Position numbers and translations under genes: made by a program
NCBI GenBank assembly: GCA_965202625.1
Contig: CBDBBI010000010.1
Coordinates: 320,001 to 384,000 of the forward strand
DNA from: a bacterium
GTDB lineage: Bacteria > UBA8248
DNA length: 64,000 bases
Direction: 5' to 3'
The notes under the pieces: model-generated
Seen by the model: the letters and a program-made list of their open reading frames with translations, nothing else
The model's database searches: none
Told to the model about the DNA's origin: nothing
Shown: positions 9,314 through 20,134 of the stretch, one piece after another
Numbering within the stretch: the first letter of the stretch is position 1
Layout of the letters: every line of letters begins with the position of its first letter

Positions 9314-10762
9314 TCATGCGCGGTGCTCGGACATGCGGGAATCGCGAAAGAGAGAGAGCTGGTAATCGTTCTGCTCGATGGAAATCGGATATATGCCGGA
9401 AAAACACGCCGTACAAAACGACGCTTCGTTCGGGCACACGCAATTCAGCAAACCTTCGAGGGACAGATAATACAGGCTGTCCGCATCCAGGAATTGCCTG
9501 ATCTCTTCGACGCTGTGCGAAGACGCCTTGAGTTCTGCGAGGGTGGGCATATCGATGCCAAAAAAGCACGGGTGGGTGATAGGAGGGGAGCTGATGCGCA
9601 TGTGCACTTCTTTTGCGCCCGCTCGTCGGATCATCTCGACAATTTTTTGGCTCGTCGTTCCTCTGACGAGGGAGTCGTCGACAACGACCACCCGCTTGTC
9701 CTCCAAAAACTCCTTCATTGGATTTAGTTTTAGTTTCACGCCGAAGTGTCGAATGGATTGTTCTGGTTCGATGAAAGTGCGACCCACGTAATGGTTGCGG
9801 ATCAGTCCCCATTCTAGGGGAAGGCCTGATGCGTCCGCGTATCCGAGCGCGGCGGCGAGTCCTGAGTCGGGAACAGGGATGACGATATCTGCAGCCAGGT
9901 TGTCTTCCCTGGCGAGGCGGGTGCCCAATTTTCGCCTGACGGCGTAGGCGTTCTTGCCGAAGACGAGGCTGTCCGGACGGGCGAAATAGATAAACTCGAA
10001 AATACATTGCCGATGCTGAGCAGATGGAGAATGAACGATACTCCGCATCCCGTCTTGATCGATCACGACCATCTCGCCTGGTGCCACTTCCCGGACGTAG
10101 TGAGCGTCAATCAGGTCGAGCGCGCACGTTTCACTCGCCAGCACCCAGGAATCGCTTTCGTTCTCTAGAGAGGGGAATTTGCCTAAAACTAGGGGGCGGA
10201 AGCCATAGGGGTCTCGAACCCCTATCAACGTATCCTCGGTCATCATCGTGAGCGTATAAGCACCCTCAATGCGCTGGATGGCCTCCACGATGGCGCCCTC
10301 GGTGGTTTTCTCTCCCGAACGGGCGATGAGATGAAGGATGACCTCGCTGTCCGTCGTGCTGCGGAATATGGAGCCGCTCGCTTCGAGCTCCTCGCGCAAT
10401 GCGCCGCCGTTGACGAGGTTTCCGTTGTGCCCGAGAGCGAGTGTTCCTTTCGCGTAGTTCACCAGAAACGGCTGGGCGTTTTTGATGTCGGATTGTCCTG
10501 CCGTGGAATATCGGTTGTGTCCAATGGCGATGCGCCCCCTCAGCTTGGAGATGCGATCTTGCGTGAAAACGTCGGCCACGAGCCCCATGCCAACCTCGCT
10601 GTGTGCCCTCTCTCCATCGGAGGCCACGATGCCCGCACTCTCTTGCCCTCTGTGCTGGAGGGCGTAGAGGCCGAGATACGCCATATTTGCTGCCTCTGGA
10701 TGCCCGTAAATCCCAAAGACGCCACATTCCTCTTTCGGGTGATCGTCGGCCCATGGAAACAT
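9314..10762 (-). CDS. purF: Amidophosphoribosyltransferase
   Basis: Propeptide + ECGVFG, LQHRGQE, HNRYST, HNGN, VVVVDDSLVRGTT, FCTACFSG. Confidence 0.98.
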   Translation of the reverse strand: MFPWADDHPKEECGVFGIYGHPEAANMAYLGLYALQHRGQESAGIVASDGERAHSEVGMGLVADVFTQDRISKLRGRIAIGHNRYSTAGQSDIKNAQPFLVNYAKGTLALGHNGNLVNGGALREELEASGSIFRSTTDSEVILHLIARSGEKTTEGAIVEAIQRIEGAYTLTMMTEDTLIGVRDPYGFRPLVLGKFPSLENESDSWVLASETCALDLIDAHYVREVAPGEMVVIDQDGMRSIVHSPSAQHRQCIFEFIYFARPDSLVFGKNAYAVRRKLGTRLAREDNLAADIVIPVPDSGLAAALGYADASGLPLEWGLIRNHYVGRTFIEPEQSIRHFGVKLKLNPMKEFLEDKRVVVVDDSLVRGTTSQKIVEMIRRAGAKEVHMRISSPPITHPCFFGIDMPTLAELKASSHSVEEIRQFLDADSLYYLSLEGLLNCVCPNEASFCTACFSGIYPISIEQNDYQLSLFRDSRMSEHRA

Positions 10763-10763
10763 T

Positions 10764-13001
10764 TCAGAACACCTCTGAAAGCGCACCCGACCAGGCTGCC
10801 GCGATAGCCGGCATACCCAAATTCACAAGGGGGACATTGTCGGGGGTTTTGACTATGAAAGTACCCTCCAGCACCCGGCCGATGCACGTCAGCTCTGCTC
10901 CGAGACCTTGCACGACATCGCGCAGGGCACCCATCTCCTGAGAGGAGACGCTGACCAATATGCGCGATGCAACCTCCCCATACAACAGGCGATCGGACCT
11001 GTCCTCTCGCTCGGGGAGCCATACTTCTGCTCCAAGACCACTTTTTGGAGAGGCGAGCGCGGATTCGGCCAACGCGATTCCCAACCCGCCCTCGGAAAGG
11101 TCGTGGGCGGAGCGCACTAGACCGGCCTCGACTCCGCGTCTGCACGCAGTCTGCACGGCTTTCTCCGCATCTAGGGATATCTCCGGGGCGTCTCCCCCCT
11201 CCTGACCCGTTTCCACCCACACGTATTCATGGGCGTATGCCCCTGGCAATGGCGGTTCGGCACCGGGGTGAATCAAGGCGATGACGTCCCCTGGGGAGAC
11301 GAACCCGGGGCCGGTTCTCTTGTGGACGTCCTCCAGCAGACCGACCATGCCGACGATCGGGGTGGGGTAGATGTCCACGTGATGTGTCTCGTTGTAAAAA
11401 CTCACGTTTCCACTCACCACGGGCAGGCCCAAAGAGCGGCACGCTTGCGCCATCCCCTCAATTGAGAGGGAGAATTGCGCCATGACGGCGGGACGCTCCG
11501 GATTACCGAAGTTCAGGCAATTCGTGATCGCAAGGGGCCTAGCACCCACGCAGCAGACGTTTCGCGCGGCTTCCGCCACGTTGAGCAGCCCCCCTTTGTA
11601 GGGGTTGAGCATTCCGTATCGCGCGTTCCCGTCCGTGGTGAGGGCGAGCGCCTTGTTCGTGTATTTGAGCCGGATGATGGCGGCGTCTCCTCCTGGGGGA
11701 GCCACCGTATTCGTCCGAACCATGTAGTCATACTGCCGCCATATCGGTTTTTTGTCCCCTTGGTTGGGATGAGCCAGCAGTTTGAGGAGGCTGGGCCCAA
11801 GCAACTCTGGTTCTGGCAGGGTGTGCAGCGGATCGCTTGAAGAGAGGCCGCGCGCGTTCTCTTTTGGGCGGTCGTAGAGCGGAGCGTCGTCAGTAAGGGA
11901 GGATATGGGCAGGTTGGCGACTTCATCCTTTGAGAACGTCACGCGAAGTTTGCCGTCTCCGGTCACTTTCCCCACGACTGCCATCGGCAAGTCCCAACGC
12001 TCGCATATCTCCCGGACTTCGGACTCTCTGCCCTTCTCCGCGACAAGCAGCATCCTCTCCTGGCTCTCCGAGAGCATCATCTCATAGGGCGACATCTCTT
12101 CCTCTCGGCAAGGCACCGCGTCGATGCAAAGGAGGAGACCCGTGCCCGCCCGGCCCGCCATCTCGACGGAAGAGGACGTGAGGCCGGCGGCGCCCATATC
12201 CTGAATGCCGACTACGGCGCCACGCTTCATCAGTTCGAGGCATACCTCGAGCAGGAGTTTTTCCCGAAACGGATCCCCCACCTGCACGGTGGGTCTTTTT
12301 TGAAGAGCCGAGTCATCAAACCCCGCCGACGCCATGGAAGCGCCATGAATGCCGTCTCGTCCGGTGGGCGCGCCGACGTAGATTACCGGATTGCCAACAC
12401 CTGAAGCCGTGCCCCGGAATATGGCGTCTGCGCGCATGACGCCCGCGCACATCACGTTCACCAGAATGTTTCCGTTGTAGCAGGGGTGAAATTTCGTTTC
12501 TCCGCCCACGGTAGGAACGCCGATGCAGTTCCCGTAACCCGCGATGCCGGATACAACGCCGGAGACGAGATAGGGCGTTCGGGAATGCTCCGGCGCTCCG
12601 AAGCGGAGGCTGTCGAGCAACGCGACAGGTCGGGCGCCCATCGTGAAAATGTCCCTCAGAATGCCGCCCACTCCGGTGGCTGCGCCCTGGTGGGGTTCGA
12701 TGAAGGAGGGGTGATTGTGACTTTCCATTTTGAAGGCCACGGCCGCGCCCTCGCCTAGGGTGATGACGCCGGCGTTCTCCCCAGGCCCTTGCAGGACGCA
12801 GGTGCCTTGCGTGGGAAATTTCTTCAGGTGAATGCGGCTGCTTTTATAGGAACAGTGCTCGTTCCACATGGCGGAGAAGACGCCGAGTTCGGGGACGTTG
12901 GGACTGCGCCCCAGGATTTCGATCATGCGTTCCCATTCGGCTGAGGAAAGTCCGTGGTGGAGGGCCATCTCCAGCGTGGCGGCGGTATCTGTTTTGCTCA
13001 T
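10764..13001 (-). CDS. purL: Phosphoribosylformylglycinamidine synthase subunit PurL
   Basis: [53 protein letters not shown]; start MSKTD overlapping purQ stop. Confidence 0.98.
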   Translation of the reverse strand: MSKTDTAATLEMALHHGLSSAEWERMIEILGRSPNVPELGVFSAMWNEHCSYKSSRIHLKKFPTQGTCVLQGPGENAGVITLGEGAAVAFKMESHNHPSFIEPHQGAATGVGGILRDIFTMGARPVALLDSLRFGAPEHSRTPYLVSGVVSGIAGYGNCIGVPTVGGETKFHPCYNGNILVNVMCAGVMRADAIFRGTASGVGNPVIYVGAPTGRDGIHGASMASAGFDDSALQKRPTVQVGDPFREKLLLEVCLELMKRGAVVGIQDMGAAGLTSSSVEMAGRAGTGLLLCIDAVPCREEEMSPYEMMLSESQERMLLVAEKGRESEVREICERWDLPMAVVGKVTGDGKLRVTFSKDEVANLPISSLTDDAPLYDRPKENARGLSSSDPLHTLPEPELLGPSLLKLLAHPNQGDKKPIWRQYDYMVRTNTVAPPGGDAAIIRLKYTNKALALTTDGNARYGMLNPYKGGLLNVAEAARNVCCVGARPLAITNCLNFGNPERPAVMAQFSLSIEGMAQACRSLGLPVVSGNVSFYNETHHVDIYPTPIVGMVGLLEDVHKRTGPGFVSPGDVIALIHPGAEPPLPGAYAHEYVWVETGQEGGDAPEISLDAEKAVQTACRRGVEAGLVRSAHDLSEGGLGIALAESALASPKSGLGAEVWLPEREDRSDRLLYGEVASRILVSVSSQEMGALRDVVQGLGAELTCIGRVLEGTFIVKTPDNVPLVNLGMPAIAAAWSGALSEVF

Positions 13002-13693
13002 GTGGAGGCCGTCATCTGAACGGCGGAAGCGAACACCCGTAACCCGTCCTCTCCGCCCAGTAAGGGATCGCAGCAGCGCTCGGGGTGGGGCATGAGGCCC
13101 ACCACGTTTCCTTGCAGGTTGCATACGCCGGCGATGTTTCCAAGCGACCCGTTGGGATTCGCCTCCACGCTCACATGACCCTCCAGGTCCGTGTATCGAA
13201 AGACGATTTGGTCGTTGTCCTCGAGCGCAGCGAGCGTTTCTGGCGAGCAGAAGTAGTTTCCCTCCCCATGCGCGATGGGCATTCGAAGAATTTCTGCCGG
13301 CTGAATCCCGCAGGTGAAGGGGGTTCTGGAGGTTTCGCACTTCAGCCAAACGTCGTTGCAGATGAAGCGAAGCGACTCGTTCCGCCTCAAGGCCCCGGGC
13401 AGGAGGCCAGATTCGGACAGACACTGAAAGCCGTTGCATACGCCGAGTAAGGGGCGTCCTTCTCTCGCGTGTGTGGACACCGCTTTCATGATGGGAGAGA
13501 AGCGTGATATGGCGCCGGCCCTCAGATAATCCCCGTAGCTGAACCCCCCGGGGAGTATCACCACCTCCGCGTCTCCCAGCGAGGCGTCCTTATGCCAGAC
13601 GAACCGCACCGGCTGCTTGAGGATGCCCTTTACAGCGCTGTAGCAGTCATGATCGCAATTGGAGCCTGGAAAGACGATGACGGCGAACTTCAT
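12998..13693 (-). CDS. purQ: FGAM synthase glutaminase subunit PurQ
   Basis: [33 protein letters not shown]. Confidence 0.98.
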   Translation of the reverse strand: MKFAVIVFPGSNCDHDCYSAVKGILKQPVRFVWHKDASLGDAEVVILPGGFSYGDYLRAGAISRFSPIMKAVSTHAREGRPLLGVCNGFQCLSESGLLPGALRRNESLRFICNDVWLKCETSRTPFTCGIQPAEILRMPIAHGEGNYFCSPETLAALEDNDQIVFRYTDLEGHVSVEANPNGSLGNIAGVCNLQGNVVGLMPHPERCCDPLLGGEDGLRVFASAVQMTAST

Positions 13694-13956
13694 TATCGAT
13701 TCCCGCCATTCGTGGATTCATCCACGACTTCAATGCGATAGTCTTCAATGACGGGGTTGGCGAGAAGTTCCTGACACATGCGCTCAAGGTCGGCGCGGAC
13801 GCGCGTTGAATTCTCGAGCCCTATCTCAATGAACTTGCCCACGCGAACATCCGTTACGCCCTTGAATCCAAGGGAGTATAGCGCGTCCCGAACGGCTTCC
13901 CCTTGCGGGTCGAGCACGCCGGCTTTGAACGTAACGTAAACCAAAGCTTTCGCCAT
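13693..13956 (-). CDS. purS: FGAM synthase subunit PurS
   Basis: VLDPQG, VRVGK, LLANPVIEDY. Confidence 0.97.
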   Translation of the reverse strand: MAKALVYVTFKAGVLDPQGEAVRDALYSLGFKGVTDVRVGKFIEIGLENSTRVRADLERMCQELLANPVIEDYRIEVVDESTNGGNR

Positions 13957-13980
13957 CGTTGTCTCTTGGAGAACGGGGCG

Positions 13981-14694
13981 TTAGTTTTTGACGATCTTTT
14001 CGACTTCAGCGTATGCGTCTTCCACGTTTCCCATGTCTCTGCGGAAGCGATCCTTGTCCAATTTTCGGCCCGTGCCCTTCTCCCAGAGACGGCAGCTGTC
14101 CGGCGTGATCTCGTCGCCCAGCAGTAAATTGCACCCCTCGGCCACGCAACGCCCGAACTCGAGCTTGAAATCCACGAGATCGATGTTGCGCTCCGAGAAA
14201 AACGAGGTGAGGATGTCGTTCACCTGAAGGGCGTATTCGCGCATTCGAGCGAGCTCACCCCTCCTCGCCAAGCCAAAGGCGACGGCTGTGTCTTCATTGA
14301 TGAGTGGATCGTCGAGCCCATCGTTCTTGAGATGCAGATCGACGATCGTGTTGGGAAGGCGCGTCCCTTCCTCCACGCCCATTCTTTTGGCCAGGCTTCC
14401 CGCGATGGTGTTTCTCAGTACCACCTCGACCAAAATGATGTCGAGCTTCTTAACCAGCATTTCCCGCTCCGAGAGTTTTTTGATGAAATGTGTGGGCACG
14501 CCCTGACGATCTACCTCCTGGAGCAGGCGCGAGGAGATGGAGTTGTTGAATACTCCTTTTGATGCGATGGAGCCCAGCTTCTTGGCGTTGAAAGCGGAGG
14601 TGTCATCCTTGAAGAATTGAATGTAGTAGGCGGGGTCGTCCGTCTCGTAGATGATCTTCGCCTTGCCTTCGTACACCTGCTTGCCGCGTTTCAT
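13981..14694 (-). CDS. purC: SAICAR synthetase
   Basis: YEGKAK, FKDD, LVDFKLEFG, DEITPDSCRLW, LDKDRFR. Confidence 0.98.
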   Translation of the reverse strand: MKRGKQVYEGKAKIIYETDDPAYYIQFFKDDTSAFNAKKLGSIASKGVFNNSISSRLLQEVDRQGVPTHFIKKLSEREMLVKKLDIILVEVVLRNTIAGSLAKRMGVEEGTRLPNTIVDLHLKNDGLDDPLINEDTAVAFGLARRGELARMREYALQVNDILTSFFSERNIDLVDFKLEFGRCVAEGCNLLLGDEITPDSCRLWEKGTGRKLDKDRFRRDMGNVEDAYAEVEKIVKN

Positions 14695-14845
14695 GAACAA
14701 TTCTCCATTTGGGGATAACCGCGCCAAGCTTCCTCTCCGCGGTGATCCCATGATCTAAACGGGTTGAAAGATGACTATTCCCGGGCGGCGGGGTCCTCTA
14801 CTATAGCATATCGGAGCCAATTTTTTTCACTTTCGCGTCGGGTTT

Positions 14846-16153
14846 TCATTTGTCATGCGGGCCAAAGACCCGCTCGAAAATTTGGTCCAGGTTTCGCAGG
14901 TGAACGTCCATGTCAAAACATTGGGCGAGTTTTGCCTCCCCCAGAACGCCGCCCACTTCGGAGTCCGCCGCCAGTCTAGACTGAAAGTCATCGCCCTCGG
15001 TCCATGTCTGCATGGCGTGGGCCTGAACACGCGCATAAGCTTCCTCTCGAGTGAGTCCTCCCTTGCGAATCAGGGCAAGCATGACGTGTTCGCTGAGGAG
15101 CAGCCCTTTGGAGCGCGCGAGGTTTTCCTGCATCCTGTTGGGGTAGAGCATCCAGTTTTCCATTAAATTGTTGAGTTTGTTGAGCATGTAATCAACGAGG
15201 ATCGTGCTGTCCGGCAAGATGACGCGCTCCACGGAGGAATGAGAGATGTCACGCTCATGCCAGAGGGGAACGTTTTGCAGAGCCGCTGTCGCGTTTGCCT
15301 GTACCACGCGAGCGAGACCGCAAAGCTGCTCCGAGACGACGGGATTTCTCTTATGGGGCATGGCGGAGCTGCCCTTTTGCCCCTCGCTGAAGAACTCCTC
15401 CGCCTCGCCCACTTCGTTCCTTTGGAGGTGGCGAACCTCCGTTGCTACGCGGGAGATGCTCGCCGCCACGAGGGCGAGGGCGAGGTGATACTCCGCATGG
15501 CGGTCGCGCTGGATGATCTGGCTGCTCACGCGTTCCACCTCGAGGCCCAAGCGTTTGCATATTGCTTCCTCCGCATCCGGCGGAATGTGGGGACACGCGC
15601 CCACGGCGCCCGATATTTGACCGACGCGAACGGTTTCACGCGCGGTGCGCATCCGCTCGCTCGCGCGTTCGAACTCAGTGTGCCAGGTTGCTATTTTCAG
15701 ACCTAAAGTGGTTGGCTCGGCGTGCATTCCATGGGTGCGGCCGGATATGAGCGTGCGCTTTTGCCTGAGCGCGCGCTCTTTAAGGGTCTTCATAAGCTTT
15801 TTAATGTCGGCGAGAATGACGTCGGCCGCCGATACGAGTTGAAGGGCGAGCGCGGTGTCGAGAACGTCGCTGCTCGTCATGCCGAGATGAATGTAGCGCG
15901 AGGAGGGCCCGATGTGCTCTGCCACGCTGGTGAGGAACGCGATGACGTCGTGTTTGGTGGTGCGCTCGATCTGCTTGATTCGCTCCGGGTCGAACCCCGC
16001 CTTTGATTTGATCTCCTCCAGCGTGTCCTCTGGAATCTCGCCTCGCTCCGCCATCTCTTCGCAAACGGCGATCTCCACTTCGAGCATGCGCTGAAGTTTT
16101 TCACGCTCATCCCAAATTTTCGCCATCTCAGGGCGCGTGTATCGCGGAATCAA
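14846..16153 (-). CDS. purB: Adenylosuccinate lyase
   Basis: MIPRYT, HLGMTSSD, GRTHG, GSSAMPHKRNP, WHERDISHSS. Confidence 0.98.
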   Translation of the reverse strand: MIPRYTRPEMAKIWDEREKLQRMLEVEIAVCEEMAERGEIPEDTLEEIKSKAGFDPERIKQIERTTKHDVIAFLTSVAEHIGPSSRYIHLGMTSSDVLDTALALQLVSAADVILADIKKLMKTLKERALRQKRTLISGRTHGMHAEPTTLGLKIATWHTEFERASERMRTARETVRVGQISGAVGACPHIPPDAEEAICKRLGLEVERVSSQIIQRDRHAEYHLALALVAASISRVATEVRHLQRNEVGEAEEFFSEGQKGSSAMPHKRNPVVSEQLCGLARVVQANATAALQNVPLWHERDISHSSVERVILPDSTILVDYMLNKLNNLMENWMLYPNRMQENLARSKGLLLSEHVMLALIRKGGLTREEAYARVQAHAMQTWTEGDDFQSRLAADSEVGGVLGEAKLAQCFDMDVHLRNLDQIFERVFGPHDK

Positions 16154-16944
16154 GAGGCGTCCTCCATCGCTCCTCCGGCACCGATGAGGGGGGTAGGTTT
16201 ATCCTGGCTGGCGCTTAGGAGATTCCCACCACCGTGGCCGTTCAGCGCTTTTCGGGCGGTCTCCCTGAGGAGTCGGTTTTCGTTGTTCTCCTGTGAAATA
16301 TGCGCGCAGACGAGCCATTCGAGGTCAGCCGTAGCGACGTTTTTGAGTAGTCGCGCCGCGTCCTCGTTGCTGAGGTGTCCAAGTTTGCCCCGAATTCTCT
16401 GCTTGATGGACCAGGGGTAGGGACCGTTGATGAGCATCTCCACATCATGGTTGAACTCCAGGACGAGCCCCTGAAGTCCCCTGAGCCGCTGACGTGCCAG
16501 GTTCGTGACGAACCCCATGTCAGTGGCGAAGCCAACGCGGCGCCCGTCCTCGCCGCTTAGTATGATTCCGAATGGATCGGCCGCGTCATGCGGCGTGCTG
16601 AAAGGTTCGATCCGCACGCCGCCGATGTAGAAGGGGAGTCCCACGTCGACTTTCCGCCACCCGGGCGTCTTGCCTATCTTCTCTAGGCTCGCCTTATAGG
16701 TTCCCGCGTTCGTCCAGAGGGGCAAATTCCATCTTCTCGCCAGCGTGCCAGCGCTTCTGACGTGATCGATGTGCTCATGAGTGAGGACTATAGCCATCAA
16801 GTCCTTCGGGTGGAGGCCATAGACTTCGAGGTGTTTGGTGATTTGCCGTGCACTGAGGCCTGCATCCACGAGAAACGCCGCGCCGCCTGAGCGAACCAGG
16901 GCGGCGTTCCCCCGACTTCCGCTTCCTAGAATTCCGATTTCCAC
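16150..16944 (-). CDS. MBL-fold metallohydrolase (WalJ/YycJ-like)
   Basis: LGSGSRGN, THEHIDH, HDAADP, GHLSN, HISQENN. Confidence 0.92.
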   Translation of the reverse strand: MEIGILGSGSRGNAALVRSGGAAFLVDAGLSARQITKHLEVYGLHPKDLMAIVLTHEHIDHVRSAGTLARRWNLPLWTNAGTYKASLEKIGKTPGWRKVDVGLPFYIGGVRIEPFSTPHDAADPFGIILSGEDGRRVGFATDMGFVTNLARQRLRGLQGLVLEFNHDVEMLINGPYPWSIKQRIRGKLGHLSNEDAARLLKNVATADLEWLVCAHISQENNENRLLRETARKALNGHGGGNLLSASQDKPTPLIGAGGAMEDAS

Positions 16945-17759
16945 GTCTCTTGTCCCATCGCTGTTTTTGTGTTCATCGGTTCAGGGGAGGTGTGTCGCCC
17001 GAATTCAAGACAATCTTTTGCATCTCTTTGATCCCCTGGTGAGAGAATTCCCGTCAATTCGGGGAGAGATTATGCCGCAAGGCCATTTCATGCGCTTCCT
17101 GGATGAAATAGCTGTCATTCGGGTGGAGTTTCACCACAGAGTCCGCCGATCCGGAGACCGGCCCCCCGCCGTTTTCCGTCATCGAAACTTCGAGCAGACG
17201 AGGGGCGTGCGCTCCCGCAAGCCGCCGAGTCGATGTTGGAGGAATTGCCGCTCGTGTGCAAGTGCAGGGCCATGCCTTCCCCCTTGCCGATGGACCTGAA
17301 TTCGTCATGGGGGAATATCTCATTTATAGGCGTAATCGTTTTTGGTGGCGGTGAGTGCGCCCATACTGCCGCTGAGGCGAATGGCAGGGAGGGGAGCACG
17401 GTCGGCCCGAAAGTGGATCCAACCATGTGTTCGTCCATGAAATGCATGGCCAGCGCGGTACTTTCCCCATTGCTGGGGCGGTGATTTTTCTTTTCGATTC
17501 CAGACATTCGGTATAATTTTGCGGATATTGTCCACCTGTCCGGAACAATCGTTCTCGGTGAGCGATTGACGCCTCGTGGCGCGCTCAGCCCCGAATTGCT
17601 TTGCCGAGGGCTCCAAGCCAAGGGATACCTCTGCGTCAGTGGGCGGTGGAGATAATGAAACGGGCGAACACCCGCAACACCCTATACTTTAGCCGATCCG
17701 CGCCTTGGATTTCAAGACGCCTTGATGAAGAACATTAAAGACGTGAAGCGTGCGCGGGC

Positions 17760-18716
17760 TTAGCGTTTTGCGTTCAATCGTTCCCTGAAATCATTGATCG
17801 TGGCGAGAAGCCCTGTTTCCAGTGAAACCTTTGGCTCCCAGTCGAGATATTTTTTCGCCTTTTGAACGTCTGGCTGCCGAATTCTCGGGTCATCTACGGG
17901 CAAGGACTTGTGGTGAATTTCCGAGTCCGCCTCTGTGAGGGTGATGATTTTTTTTGCAAGGCCGAGAACGCTCATCTCGGAGGGATTCCCAAGGTTGACG
18001 GGCTCATGAATTTCGCTGTCCATCAGTTTGATGAGGCCGTGAATGAGGTCGGTGATAAAGCAGAAACTTCTCGTTTGCCGGCCGTTGCCAAAGACGCTGA
18101 TGGGTTCGTTTCTGATGGCCTGGGAGATGAATGTGGGTATCGCGCGTCCGTCCGCGATTCGCATTCTCGGGCCGTAGGTGTTGAAAATGCGCGCGATGCG
18201 CGCGTCAAGGCGGTGTGTCCGGTGATACGCCATCGTCATCGCCTCGGAGAACCTTTTCGCCTCGTCGTATACCCCGCGCAGACCAATGGGGTTGACGTGG
18301 CCCCAGTATTCCTCGTGTTGCGGGTGGATTTGGGGGTCGCCGTATACCTCCGAGGTCGAGGCGAGAAGAAAACACGCCTTTTTCTCTTTGGCGAGTCCCA
18401 GAGCGTTATGCGTCCCGAGTGATCCGACCTTGAGCGTCTGGATGGGAAGTTTCAGATAGTCATTTGGGCTGGCCGGACTCGCGAGATGGAAAACCGCGTC
18501 CACGCTTCCCTCGATGTGGATGTGTGCGCTCACGTTGTGGTCGATGAGTGTGAAATTGAGGTTTTTGTTTTTGGAGAGGTGCTCGACATTTGTCCATTCT
18601 CCCGTGATGAAATTGTCCACGCATACGACATGGTTACCCAGAGTGATAAGTCGGTCGCACAAATGAGAGCCGATGAAGCCTGCTCCACCCGTTACCACGA
18701 CGCGGGAATTTTTCAT
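17760..18716 (-). CDS. UDP-glucuronate decarboxylase family (extended SDR)
   Basis: [44 protein letters not shown]. Confidence 0.95.
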   Translation of the reverse strand: MKNSRVVVTGGAGFIGSHLCDRLITLGNHVVCVDNFITGEWTNVEHLSKNKNLNFTLIDHNVSAHIHIEGSVDAVFHLASPASPNDYLKLPIQTLKVGSLGTHNALGLAKEKKACFLLASTSEVYGDPQIHPQHEEYWGHVNPIGLRGVYDEAKRFSEAMTMAYHRTHRLDARIARIFNTYGPRMRIADGRAIPTFISQAIRNEPISVFGNGRQTRSFCFITDLIHGLIKLMDSEIHEPVNLGNPSEMSVLGLAKKIITLTEADSEIHHKSLPVDDPRIRQPDVQKAKKYLDWEPKVSLETGLLATINDFRERLNAKR

Positions 18717-20044
18717 TTTCGAGGCCTAGCCGGCGTTTTTCCGATGCTGTGGTGTTCGAATCCCGCATCCGTCAACTGTTCTGAGGAATAGACGTTTCGC
18801 CCGTCGAATATGATCGGCTCCATCATCTCCGCTTGCAGGCGACTCAGGTTCAACTGAATGAATTCCCGCCACTCGGTGACGATGACTACCCCGCTCGTGC
18901 CTTTCGCCGCATCATAGGGGTTTCGGCAATACGTCACCCGATCCTCCCCGATGATTCGCCGGGCGTTCTCCGTGGCGATAGGGTCGTAGGCGCGCAGTCT
19001 CGCCCCTGCGCCTCGAAGCGCGTGGCAAATTTCGATGCTCTTCGCCTCTCGCATGTCGTCGGTGTTCGGCTTGAACGACAGCCCCAGAATGCCGATGGTT
19101 TTCCCTTCCAGCGGCACCCCGATTTTCTTGCCCAGTCTGTCGATGATTCTTTTCGCGAATCGGGGTGCCCGGCTGTCGTTCTCCTCTTTCACCGATTCTA
19201 AAATCTTCATTTCCGCGCCGAGCTCCTTGGAGGCATGCAACAGGGCGTCCACGTCTTTCGGAAAACAGGAGCCGCCATAGCCCAGACCCGCCTCCAGGAA
19301 GGCGGAGCCAATTCTCGAATCCGCGCCCACACCCTTGGCGACGTCCCGAATGTTGGCTTGCGTCCGCTCGCAAAGGTTCGCCACCGCGTTGATGAACGTG
19401 ATTTTTGTCGCCAAGAATGCGTTCGAAGCATATTTTATCAACTCAGCGCTTTGTGTGTTCGTGATCAGGAAAGGGGCGTTCAGAGCTTGATACATCATCT
19501 GCACGGTCTTCGCCGCTTTCTTCGATGCGGAGCCGATGACGATGCGATCCGGCTGGAGTGTGTCTTGCACCGCTTGCCCCTCGCGCAAAAACTCCGGATT
19601 GGAAACCAGGTCGAAATTTTTTGGAGCGACACCGTTTCTTTCGATGATGCTTCGGACGAATTCCCCCGTACCGACGGGCACGGTGCTTTTGTTGACAATG
19701 ATCTTGTAGTCGTTCATCGCGTGGGCGATGTCCTTCGCCGCCGCTTCCACTTGCGAGAGGTCCGTTCCGCCGTCCTCGGCCGGAGGCGTGCCCACGCAAA
19801 TAAAAATGATCTCGCTTCTTGAAGCAGCCTGGGAGATAGAGGTAGTGAACGTGAGTCTGCCTTCTTTGAGATTGTGCTCCAAGAGTTCAGGTAATCTGGG
19901 CTCGTGAATGGGGCAGCGGCCCGAGTTCAGGGTGTCCACGCGGCCCTGGTCAACGTCCACGCCGATGACGGCGTTTCCCAAATTTGCGAATACCGCCCCT
20001 GTCACCAATCCGACGTATCCACAGCCAATAACGCAAATATTCAT
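18713..20044 (-). CDS. ugd: UDP-glucose 6-dehydrogenase
   Basis: [43 protein letters not shown]. Confidence 0.96.
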   Translation of the reverse strand: MNICVIGCGYVGLVTGAVFANLGNAVIGVDVDQGRVDTLNSGRCPIHEPRLPELLEHNLKEGRLTFTTSISQAASRSEIIFICVGTPPAEDGGTDLSQVEAAAKDIAHAMNDYKIIVNKSTVPVGTGEFVRSIIERNGVAPKNFDLVSNPEFLREGQAVQDTLQPDRIVIGSASKKAAKTVQMMYQALNAPFLITNTQSAELIKYASNAFLATKITFINAVANLCERTQANIRDVAKGVGADSRIGSAFLEAGLGYGGSCFPKDVDALLHASKELGAEMKILESVKEENDSRAPRFAKRIIDRLGKKIGVPLEGKTIGILGLSFKPNTDDMREAKSIEICHALRGAGARLRAYDPIATENARRIIGEDRVTYCRNPYDAAKGTSGVVIVTEWREFIQLNLSRLQAEMMEPIIFDGRNVYSSEQLTDAGFEHHSIGKTPARPRK

Positions 20045-20134
20045 TCATCCCATCCTTCTTGAAATGGGCAGCTCGCCTAGGCACTTGAAACAGAGGTCGC
20101 GCCCTTTCGCCGAAAAGGCGGAGGCGCCAGTGAG

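Noticed and set aside
9201-10007. Long N-terminal extensions in ORF-track versions of mltD, purL, larC, plsY, HU
   Set aside because: They overlap upstream genes in another frame; family-typical starts lie downstream
17320-17616. AFHGRT...MGALTAT resembling a class III aminotransferase motif
   Set aside because: Motif halves are separated by about 20 unrelated residues and no other family motif is present; likely chance
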